Of a stretch of DNA of 32,000 nucleotides, positions 1-6,926 are shown piece after piece. The notes beneath the pieces were generated by a model. The model did not search any database. It was not told the DNA's origin and saw only the letters and a program-made list of their open reading frames with translations. The first letter of the stretch is position 1. The number at the start of each line of letters is the position of its first letter. This DNA comes from Acholeplasma laidlawii PG-8A. GTDB taxonomy: Bacteria > Bacillota_I > Bacilli_A > Acholeplasmatales > Acholeplasmataceae. Both the position numbers and the translations under genes were made by a program. The stretch spans positions 180,001 to 212,000 of the forward strand of contig NC_010163.1 of the NCBI RefSeq assembly GCF_000018785.1, in the 5' to 3' direction.

Positions 1-1204
1 TACATCAGAAGGTGTCGAAGTATATCGTCACGCTGATGATGAAGAACCATTTACAGCTTTAGCATTCAAAGTCATGACTGACCCATTTGTTGGTAAGTTA
101 ACATTCTTTAGAGTTTACTCAGGTAAAATCAAGAGTGGTTCATACGTACAAAACACAACAAAAGGTGAACGCGAAAGATTTGGTCGTATCTTACAAATGC
201 ACGCAAATACACGTCAAGAAATTGATGAAGTATATGCAGGTGATATCGCAGCTGCAGTTGGTTTAAAAGTTACTACTACAGGTAATACATTAGCAACACA
301 AAATGATGATATTATCTTAGAAAGTATGAACTTCCCTGAACCAGTTATTGAAGTTGCTGTTGAACCAAAAACTAAGAATGACCAAGACAAAATGGGTCAA
401 GCTTTAGCAAAACTTGCTGAAGAAGATCCAACATTCAAAACATATACAAATACTGAAACTGGCCAAACAATTATCGCTGGTATGGGTGAGTTACACTTAG
501 ATATCCTAGTAGATCGTATGAAACGTGAATTCAAAGTTGAAGCAAACGTTACAGAACCTCAAGTATCTTACCGTGAAACATTAACTGTACCAAATGAAAT
601 TGAAGCTAAGTTCATCCGTCAATCAGGTGGTCGTGGACAATACGGTCACGTTGTAATTGACTTTGAACCAAACCCAGGTAAAGGATTTGAATTCGTTGAC
701 AAAATTGTTGGTGGGGTTATTCCAAGAGAATATATTCCATCCGTACAAAAAGGTTTAGAAGAAGCTTTAGGTGGCGGTATCCTTGCAGGGTTCCCTGTTG
801 TTGATATTAAAGCTACATTAAAATTCGGTTCATACCACGATGTCGACTCCTCTGAAATGGCCTATAAAATTGCTGCAAGTATGGCATTAAAAGATGCTAA
901 AAATAAAGCAAATGCTGTCATTTTAGAACCAATTATGGATGTTGAAGTTGTTACTCCAAATGATTATGTAGGTAACGTTATTGGTGATATCACAAGCCGT
1001 CGTGGACGCTTGGAAAGCCAAGAAGGTAGAGGAAATGCAATTTCTATTCGTGCCTTCGTACCACTATCAGAAATGTTTGGTTATGCAACATCACTAAGAT
1101 CTAACACTCAAGGTAGAGCAACATTCGTTATGCAATTTGATCACTTCGATAAAGTACCTAAGAGTATTCAAGAAGAAATCATTAAAAAACGTGGTTCAAA
1201 CTAA
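1..1204 (+). CDS. fusA: Elongation factor G, C-terminal ~400 aa (5' end is upstream of the window)
   Basis: Frame 2 is open from base 2 ([41 protein letters not shown]...). EF-G signatures [27 protein letters not shown] and [13 protein letters not shown] are present. Stop TAA at 1202-1204. tuf follows, as in str operons. Confidence 0.97.
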   Translation, partial: TSEGVEVYRHADDEEPFTALAFKVMTDPFVGKLTFFRVYSGKIKSGSYVQNTTKGERERFGRILQMHANTRQEIDEVYAGDIAAAVGLKVTTTGNTLATQNDDIILESMNFPEPVIEVAVEPKTKNDQDKMGQALAKLAEEDPTFKTYTNTETGQTIIAGMGELHLDILVDRMKREFKVEANVTEPQVSYRETLTVPNEIEAKFIRQSGGRGQYGHVVIDFEPNPGKGFEFVDKIVGGVIPREYIPSVQKGLEEALGGGILAGFPVVDIKATLKFGSYHDVDSSEMAYKIAASMALKDAKNKANAVILEPIMDVEVVTPNDYVGNVIGDITSRRGRLESQEGRGNAISIRAFVPLSEMFGYATSLRSNTQGRATFVMQFDHFDKVPKSIQEEIIKKRGSN

Positions 1205-1209
1205 TCCAC

Positions 1210-1238
1210 TTCACAAAAAATTAGTAATATGATAAAAT
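1210..1238 (+). promoter_or_regulatory. Candidate sigma-A promoter for tuf (TTCACA-17 nt-TAAAAT with upstream TG)
   Basis: TTCACA at 1210-1215, a 17-nt spacer, TG at 1230-1231 and TAAAAT at 1233-1238, about 50 nt upstream of the tuf ATG. Confidence 0.45.
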
Positions 1239-1290
1239 ATCTATTGATAGGCTATTGTATTAATTAAAAATTATAGGAGGCTTTTGCGTT

Positions 1291-2478
1291 ATGGCAAAAC
1301 AAAAATTCGAAAGAACAAAACCACACGTTAACGTTGGAACAATCGGACACGTTGACCATGGTAAAACTACATTAACTGCTGCAATTACATCAGTACTTGC
1401 AGGAAAAGGTTTAGCTACAAAAAGAGATTATAACCAAATCGATGGTGCACCAGAAGAAAAAGCTCGTGGTATAACTATTAACGCATCTCACGTTGAGTAT
1501 GAAACTGTAAACAGACACTACGCTCACGTAGACTGCCCAGGTCACGCTGACTATGTTAAAAACATGATTACAGGTGCTGCTCAAATGGACGGTGCTATCT
1601 TAGTTGTTTCTGCAGCGGATGGTCCAATGCCACAAACTCGTGAACATATTCTTTTATCACGCCAAGTTGGGGTACCTAAATTAGTAGTATTCTTAAACAA
1701 AGCTGACTTAGTTGATGACGAAGAGTTATTAGACTTAGTTGAAATGGAAGTTAGAGAATTATTATCAGAATATGATTTCCCAGGAGATGATATTCCAGTA
1801 ATTAAAGGATCTGCTTTAGGCGCTTTAGAAGGTAAACCAGAATGGGTTGCTAAAGTTGAAGAATTAATGGATGCAGTTGATGCATACATCGATACTCCAT
1901 TACGTGCTACTGACAAACCATTTATGATGCCAGTTGAAGACGTATTCACAATTACAGGTCGTGGTACAGTTGCTACAGGACGTGTTGATCGTGGTATCGT
2001 TAAAGTTGGTGACCAAGTTGAAATCGTTGGTATTACTGATACTAAAACTACAACTGTTACAGGTGTAGAAATGTTTAGAAAATTATTAGACCAAGCTGAA
2101 GCTGGAGACAACATCGGTGCTTTATTAAGAGGTGTTGATCGTGAAGGTGTAGAACGTGGTCAAGTATTATCAAAACCAGGTACAGTTAAACCTCATGCTA
2201 AATTCACTGCTCAAATTTATGTATTAAGTAAAGAAGAAGGTGGACGCCATACAGCGTTCTTCTCAAACTATCGTCCTCAATTCTACTTCAGAACTACAGA
2301 CATCACAGGTATCATCACTTTAGGTGAAGGTACTGAAATGGTTATGCCAGGTGATAACGCTGAAGTTACAGTAGAACTTATTCACCCAATCGCGCTTGAA
2401 GAAGGTACAAAATTCTCAATCCGCGAAGGTGGTAGAACAGTTGCTTCTGGATCAGTAGTTAAAATTCTTGCTGACTAA
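1291..2478 (+). CDS. tuf: Elongation factor Tu
   Basis: 395 aa with [18 protein letters not shown] and NKAD GTPase motifs. Strong SD TAGGAGG lies 9 nt upstream of the ATG. Confidence 0.99.
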   Translation: MAKQKFERTKPHVNVGTIGHVDHGKTTLTAAITSVLAGKGLATKRDYNQIDGAPEEKARGITINASHVEYETVNRHYAHVDCPGHADYVKNMITGAAQMDGAILVVSAADGPMPQTREHILLSRQVGVPKLVVFLNKADLVDDEELLDLVEMEVRELLSEYDFPGDDIPVIKGSALGALEGKPEWVAKVEELMDAVDAYIDTPLRATDKPFMMPVEDVFTITGRGTVATGRVDRGIVKVGDQVEIVGITDTKTTTVTGVEMFRKLLDQAEAGDNIGALLRGVDREGVERGQVLSKPGTVKPHAKFTAQIYVLSKEEGGRHTAFFSNYRPQFYFRTTDITGIITLGEGTEMVMPGDNAEVTVELIHPIALEEGTKFSIREGGRTVASGSVVKILAD

Positions 2479-2498
2479 TTAAAGTTTAAAAACTTATG

Positions 2499-2529
2499 GA
2501 ACCTATCCTGTTGGATAGGTTCTTTTTTA
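2499..2529 (+). terminator. Intrinsic terminator after tuf
   Basis: GAACCTATCC (2499-2508), loop TGTT, GGATAGGTTC (2513-2522), then TTTTTTAT. Confidence 0.85.
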
Positions 2530-2591
2530 TATACAATATATGTAATTCTTACGAGATTCATACCACAAAACCCCATCTGAAATACTATCTA

Positions 2592-2600
2592 TGATATAAT
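2592..2600 (+). promoter_or_regulatory. Extended -10 element (TGaTATAAT) upstream of tatD
   Basis: TG at 2592-2593 and TATAAT at 2595-2600, 30 nt before the tatD ATG. No good -35 is seen. Confidence 0.35.
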
Positions 2601-2629
2601 TTACTAGGAACAAATAAAAGGATTATTAT

Positions 2630-3388
2630 ATGATAGATACCCATGCACATATCAATACAAAAGAATTTGATAAAAGATTAGATGAAGTTTTAATGAACGC
2701 CAAATTAAATGGTGTGGATAAAATTTTAGTTGTCGGTATGGATACATACCATAACTTACGCGCTATTGAACTAGCTTCTACGTTTGATAACCTGTATGCA
2801 AGTGTTGGTATACACCCAACAAGTTTAAGTGGAGATGTTGAAGACTTACTTCCACTATTTAAACATAAGAAAGTAGTTGCTGTTGGAGAAACTGGCATAG
2901 ACCTTTATTGGGATAAGTCCAATTTAGATGAACAAATAAAGTATTTTACAGAACAAATTGAACTGGCCATTTCACTTAACTTGCCAATTATTGTTCATAC
3001 AAGAAATTCTTTTAATGAAGCCTATGAATGTCTTCTACCTTATAAAGGTAAAATTAAAGGTGTATTTCATTCCTTTTCATCAAATATAGAAGATGCAAAA
3101 AAAGCAATTGAACTTGGATTTCTAATTGGTATATCCGGTGTTGTAACCTTTAAAAAGGCTACAGATTTACATGAAATTGTTGAAAAAATAGATATATCTC
3201 ACATGATTTTAGAAACGGATTCACCGTATCTAGCACCTGTACCTTTTAGAGGTAAGATGAATGAACCAGGTTACACCAAATATGTATTAGAAACTGTTTC
3301 AAAAATTAAAAACATGGAAATCCATGAAGTAGATAAAATTACCACTTTAAATGCAATCAAGTTATTCCAATTGGAGGAAACACTATGA
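2630..3388 (+). CDS. tatD: TatD-family metal-dependent deoxyribonuclease/hydrolase
   Basis: 252 aa. N-terminal IDTHAHIN metal-binding motif, GETGIDLYW, IVHTRNS and ETDSPYLAP are typical of TatD/YabD. The stop TGA overlaps the next ATG (ATGA at 3385-3388). Confidence 0.93.
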   Translation: MIDTHAHINTKEFDKRLDEVLMNAKLNGVDKILVVGMDTYHNLRAIELASTFDNLYASVGIHPTSLSGDVEDLLPLFKHKKVVAVGETGIDLYWDKSNLDEQIKYFTEQIELAISLNLPIIVHTRNSFNEAYECLLPYKGKIKGVFHSFSSNIEDAKKAIELGFLIGISGVVTFKKATDLHEIVEKIDISHMILETDSPYLAPVPFRGKMNEPGYTKYVLETVSKIKNMEIHEVDKITTLNAIKLFQLEETL

Positions 3389-4140
3389 AAAAAATATTGA
3401 ATATCTTATTACTCTTAGTATTAATTTTCACCTTAAGTAGCTGTACAGCACTTGAAGCATATGCAGATAATATTAGACCAACTACTTACGCACCAGCTTT
3501 AACAGAATCTGAAGCAGGATTTATCGAGATGTTACCAGATTTGAAACGTGCTGGTATTTCAGTCAATAATCCTACAATTTTAGGTGATGAGACACAAACT
3601 AGAAAAGGTTCTGGTGTGATTATTAAAAAAGAAACTGGTGGGTTAAATACCGTATACTATGCACTGACTACACAATGGGTTGTAGAAAATTCACTAACGG
3701 TGACAATATTCACTGAAAATGGCACAAGTATTTCAGGTCAAGTGTTAAACTCTAAAATAAGTTATGAGGCTGATGAAGATATCGCTTTGATTAGATTCTC
3801 ATCTTCAGAGAATTTACATGTTGTAGAACTCAAAAGAATTGATGAGGGTGTATCACTAGATAATTTAACTATTTTTTCTATAGCAACGCCTATTTCAACA
3901 GCGTATTTAAACTTTGTAACAAACCCTGCGCTCATTATGGGTGTTTATGATAACCGTATTGTACATGGTACAAATTTAAACTTTGGAACCCTTGGTTCAC
4001 CGCTTTATTTAAAATCAACGGGAGAACTTATCGGTATTAATGTGAAATATTCATTTACAGCTGGTGGTCGCCCTGAAGTTTTAATTAATGAAGCGATACA
4101 TATTAATAGGGTGATAGATCTTGTTGAAGGGTACCTATAA
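3385..4140 (+). CDS. Lipoprotein, trypsin-fold (S1C/HtrA-like) paralog lacking catalytic His and Ser (predicted pseudoprotease)
   Basis: Signal peptide plus lipobox LSSC (Cys20). It aligns with the downstream protease: GSGVII...YYALTTQWVV versus GSGLIF...YYVLTNNHVV; DEDIALIRF versus DDIAIVRF; GTLGSPLY versus GNSGGPLF. SD GGAGGAAA at 3373-3380. Confidence 0.8.
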   Translation: MKKILNILLLLVLIFTLSSCTALEAYADNIRPTTYAPALTESEAGFIEMLPDLKRAGISVNNPTILGDETQTRKGSGVIIKKETGGLNTVYYALTTQWVVENSLTVTIFTENGTSISGQVLNSKISYEADEDIALIRFSSSENLHVVELKRIDEGVSLDNLTIFSIATPISTAYLNFVTNPALIMGVYDNRIVHGTNLNFGTLGSPLYLKSTGELIGINVKYSFTAGGRPEVLINEAIHINRVIDLVEGYL

Positions 4141-4144
4141 GTCT

Positions 4145-5233
4145 ATGAAAAAAGTATACGCATTTAGTTTAGTGCTATTACTACTTTTATTAACGAGTTG
4201 CTTGCCTAGTGACATAGCACATCCAATAAGGGATGTGCCAACAGAAGCCGAATTTCAAGCGTTAGTAGAAGATTTAAGTGATAGTACAGTCAATTTATTT
4301 GGCTATTACATGACTTTTGAAGTGTCATTAGGATCAGGGTTAATCTTTGATAGAGAACCTTCAAAAGACGGTATGTATTACTATTATGTTTTAACGAATA
4401 ATCATGTGGTGGAAACCATGACTTATATGAAAGTTAAAACAAATCAAGGTAACATCGAAATTGGTGATATCTACGCTTTTCCACTCTCAGAAACTGATAA
4501 CGATGACATAGCAATTGTTCGTTTTGAATCTAGTTATGAATATCCATTAATTGAAATTAAACCACTAGATACTGAAACAAATACTCACGTTCAATTATCT
4601 GTTGGACAATATGTATTTGGTATAGGTACGCCAGTATCTAAAGATAATTTTAATTTAACAACTAATCTAGGTATTATTTCTGATCTTAATAGCTACTATG
4701 TCAGTCATACAGCAAATATTAATCCAGGTAACTCAGGGGGACCACTATTTAGTTATGATGGTACATTTATTGGTGTCAATACTCAACGTGTTGAAATCAT
4801 TAATGGTGAAACAATTTATTTAGTGGGTGATGCCATCCATGTTAATAAAGTAGCAGAAGTTATTCAAAGAAGATTAGGTAATGTGACACCTAAATTAGGT
4901 ATTATCATCCGTCCATATGATGATTTTGTAAGTATGGAATATGAAGCATATTTTGGTGATAAAGCAGCAGACTTTGATCCTTATGATTATGTACCTAAAA
5001 ATTCTAGTGGTGTTGTAATCATAGAAGTTAATAGTACAAGATCAAGTGCTGGTGTTTTAGAAAGATTTGATTTGGTTCAAAAACTAAATGGTGTTGAGAT
5101 TAAATCAAATGAGGACTTAATTAATGCAATCGGCACACTTCAAGTAGGTAATACTTACACATTTGAAGTGGTTAGATTCAATGAAGATTTACACATATTT
5201 GAAAATCTTGAACTGGAGGTAGTTATCAAATGA
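4145..5233 (+). CDS. HtrA/DegP-like serine protease lipoprotein with C-terminal PDZ domain
   Basis: Signal peptide plus lipobox LTSC. Catalytic triad context TNNHVV (His87), DDIAIVRF (Asp121) and GNSGGPLF (Ser197), numbered from the ATG at 4145. PDZ-like tail SGVVIIEVNSTRSSAGVLERFDLVQKLNGVEIKS. I prefer the ATG at 4145 over the in-frame TTG at 4121 because it starts the signal peptide. Confidence 0.85.
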   Translation: MKKVYAFSLVLLLLLLTSCLPSDIAHPIRDVPTEAEFQALVEDLSDSTVNLFGYYMTFEVSLGSGLIFDREPSKDGMYYYYVLTNNHVVETMTYMKVKTNQGNIEIGDIYAFPLSETDNDDIAIVRFESSYEYPLIEIKPLDTETNTHVQLSVGQYVFGIGTPVSKDNFNLTTNLGIISDLNSYYVSHTANINPGNSGGPLFSYDGTFIGVNTQRVEIINGETIYLVGDAIHVNKVAEVIQRRLGNVTPKLGIIIRPYDDFVSMEYEAYFGDKAADFDPYDYVPKNSSGVVIIEVNSTRSSAGVLERFDLVQKLNGVEIKSNEDLINAIGTLQVGNTYTFEVVRFNEDLHIFENLELEVVIK

Positions 5234-5679
5234 AACTTGTACATAACTATTTAACAAAAACAAATCAAACGATAAGCTTTGCAGAATCTATGACTGGAGG
5301 ACGCTTAAGTTACGAATTGGTTAAGTTCCAAGGTGCTTCAAAAATCTTTAAAGAAGGATTCATTTTATATAGTGATGAAGCTAAGGTGAGAACCTTAAAA
5401 ATGGATCAAAAAGATATTGATAAATATGGTGTGGTTTCACATGAAATTGCATCTTTAATGGCAACTCAATTACAAAAAATTACAGGTGCTGATTTTGCTG
5501 TATCAGTGACTGGTTATGCAAGTGGAAAAGATAAGAATATGGCTTACGTAGGGGTTTTACACAAGGGATTACTCTATGTAGATGATATTGTTTTCTACCC
5601 AGAAGATAGCCGTGAACAAAACATTAAAACAACCGTTAGAAAAGTTGTGAAAATGTTACATGAAATTATCAAAAAGTAA
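5230..5679 (+). CDS. pncC: CinA C-terminal domain protein / nicotinamide-nucleotide amidase (PncC-like)
   Basis: 149 aa. FAESMTGGRLS matches the CinA-C AESCTGG motif, and VSVTGYASG is also present. The ATGA overlap at 5230-5233 implies coupling with the protease gene. Confidence 0.8.
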   Translation: MKLVHNYLTKTNQTISFAESMTGGRLSYELVKFQGASKIFKEGFILYSDEAKVRTLKMDQKDIDKYGVVSHEIASLMATQLQKITGADFAVSVTGYASGKDKNMAYVGVLHKGLLYVDDIVFYPEDSREQNIKTTVRKVVKMLHEIIKK

Positions 5680-5681
5680 GG

Positions 5682-5710
5682 TTGCTATTTCATTTATTTA
5701 GTGATATAAT
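5682..5710 (+). promoter_or_regulatory. Candidate promoter of the rpsF-ssb-rpsR operon (TTGCTA-17 nt-TATAAT, with TG)
   Basis: TTGCTA at 5682-5687, a 17-nt spacer ending in gTGa, and TATAAT at 5705-5710. Confidence 0.55.
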
Positions 5711-5786
5711 TAGAAAGCATGTAAAAATGCAAAAAATTGATCCTTGTCAGAGATGACCAAGAAGTCCAAAAGGAGGAAAAAAAACG
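5711..5786 (+). promoter_or_regulatory. Structured 5' leader of rpsF (possible S6:S18 autoregulatory element)
   Basis: Hairpin CTTGTCA-GAGA-TGAcCAAG (5743-5761) has a GNRA-type loop and one bulged C. TCCTT at 5741-5745 can alternatively pair with the SD core AAGGA at 5770-5774. Confidence 0.3.
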
Positions 5787-6074
5787 ATGAGAAAGTACGA
5801 ATTAATGTACATCGCTAATCCACAATTAGACCCAGAAAAATTAAAAGGTCTTGTTGCTAACCTATCAAACGTAATCACATCAAACGGTGGTTCTGTTTTA
5901 TCTTTAAAAGAAATCGGGTTAAAAGATTTAGCATACGAAATCAACAAACATAGAAAAGGTTACTATGTATGGATGTTGGTTGAAGCATCGCCAGAAGCGA
6001 TTGCTGAATACAAACGTGTCGTTAATATTACTGAATCAGTGATTCGTAATATTGAAGTCAAAGAAGGCGAATAA
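5787..6074 (+). CDS. rpsF: 30S ribosomal protein S6
   Basis: 95 aa, MRKYELMYI... is a typical S6 N-terminus. SD AAAGGAGGAAAA lies upstream. Confidence 0.97.
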   Translation: MRKYELMYIANPQLDPEKLKGLVANLSNVITSNGGSVLSLKEIGLKDLAYEINKHRKGYYVWMLVEASPEAIAEYKRVVNITESVIRNIEVKEGE

Positions 6075-6076
6075 TT

Positions 6077-6523
6077 ATGATTAATCGTGTCGTATTAGTT
6101 GGCCGTATAACAAAAGATGTAGACCATAGAGTGACCACCTCAGGTGCAAGCGTTGTGAGTTTTACATTAGCTGTGAATCGTAATTTCACTTCTGCAAGTG
6201 GTGAAAGAGAAGCAGACTTCATTAACTGTGTTACATGGAGAGCATCTGCAGATTTCATGAAAAATTATGTTAAAAAGGGTAACTTACTAGCTGTTGATGG
6301 TCGCATGCAAACAAGAAATTATGAAGATAATGATGGCCGCACAGTATACATTACAGAAGTTGTAGCAGACAGCGTACAACTATTAGAGTCTAGAAGTTCT
6401 AATCAATCTGATAACTCTGGACAATATAGAAATAAATATGAGGCAAATCAATCAAATGATGCTCAAGATGAATTGTATGAAAGTACAAAAAACTTGATTG
6501 CTGATGATGATTTACCATTTTAA
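6077..6523 (+). CDS. ssb: Single-stranded DNA-binding protein
   Basis: 148 aa. OB-fold N-terminus [14 protein letters not shown] and an acidic C-terminal tip DDDLPF. Confidence 0.97.
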   Translation: MINRVVLVGRITKDVDHRVTTSGASVVSFTLAVNRNFTSASGEREADFINCVTWRASADFMKNYVKKGNLLAVDGRMQTRNYEDNDGRTVYITEVVADSVQLLESRSSNQSDNSGQYRNKYEANQSNDAQDELYESTKNLIADDDLPF

Positions 6524-6538
6524 GAAAGGAATTTAACA

Positions 6539-6781
6539 ATGCAAGACAGAAAAAATCGTGCTGGTGGATTTAGAAAACGTAAAAAAGTTTGTTTCTTTAC
6601 ACAAAATAAATTTACCCATATTGACTTTAAAGATACAGAATTGCTAAAAAGATTTATCACTGAACGTGGTAAGATCTTACCAAGACGTGTGACTGGTACT
6701 TCAGCAAAATGGCAAAGACCACTAGCTGTAGCTATTAAACGTGCTCGTCATATGGCATTATTACCATTCGTTAAAGAATAA
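6539..6781 (+). CDS. rpsR: 30S ribosomal protein S18
   Basis: 80 aa. KKVCFFT...[26 protein letters not shown] is canonical S18. Confidence 0.97.
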   Translation: MQDRKNRAGGFRKRKKVCFFTQNKFTHIDFKDTELLKRFITERGKILPRRVTGTSAKWQRPLAVAIKRARHMALLPFVKE

Positions 6782-6803
6782 TATAAAATTAAAATTATAA
6801 TTC

Positions 6804-6838
6804 AAAACAGAAACTAAATAGAGTTTCTGTTTTTTTTA
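6804..6838 (+). terminator. Intrinsic terminator after rpsR
   Basis: ACAGAAACT (6807-6815), loop AAATAG, AGTTTCTGT (6822-6830), then an 8-T run. Confidence 0.85.
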
Positions 6839-6892
6839 AACATTAAATTATCGTGCGAAGAATGAAACATTCACCTCATAATCACTAAATTA

Positions 6893-6901
6893 TGATATAA
6901 T
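6893..6901 (+). promoter_or_regulatory. Extended -10 element (TGaTATAAT) upstream of gdpP
   Basis: TG at 6893-6894 and TATAAT at 6896-6901, 26 nt before the ATG at 6927. Confidence 0.35.
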
Positions 6902-6926
6902 TTATTAAAGAAAGGGGCTTATATGA

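Noticed and set aside
1581-2114. A 177-aa ORF antisense to tuf. Similar long antisense ORFs lie at 12473-12925 in prfA, and at 27431-27931 and 28079-28456 in aroF.
   Set aside because: Each is fully embedded opposite a highly conserved gene. The translations are low-complexity and S/T/N/I-rich, with no SD or recognisable motif. This is the usual shadow-frame artefact in AT-rich coding DNA.
4121-4144. Longer N-terminal extensions offered by the ORF track: TTG 4121, TTG 11230, ATG 12399, GTG 14331, TTG 18820, TTG 29217.
   Set aside because: The extensions overlap upstream genes or promoters, lack an SD, and add residues ahead of signal peptides or conserved N-termini. Internal ATG starts with an SD fit better. 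Start sites remain unverified without experimental data.
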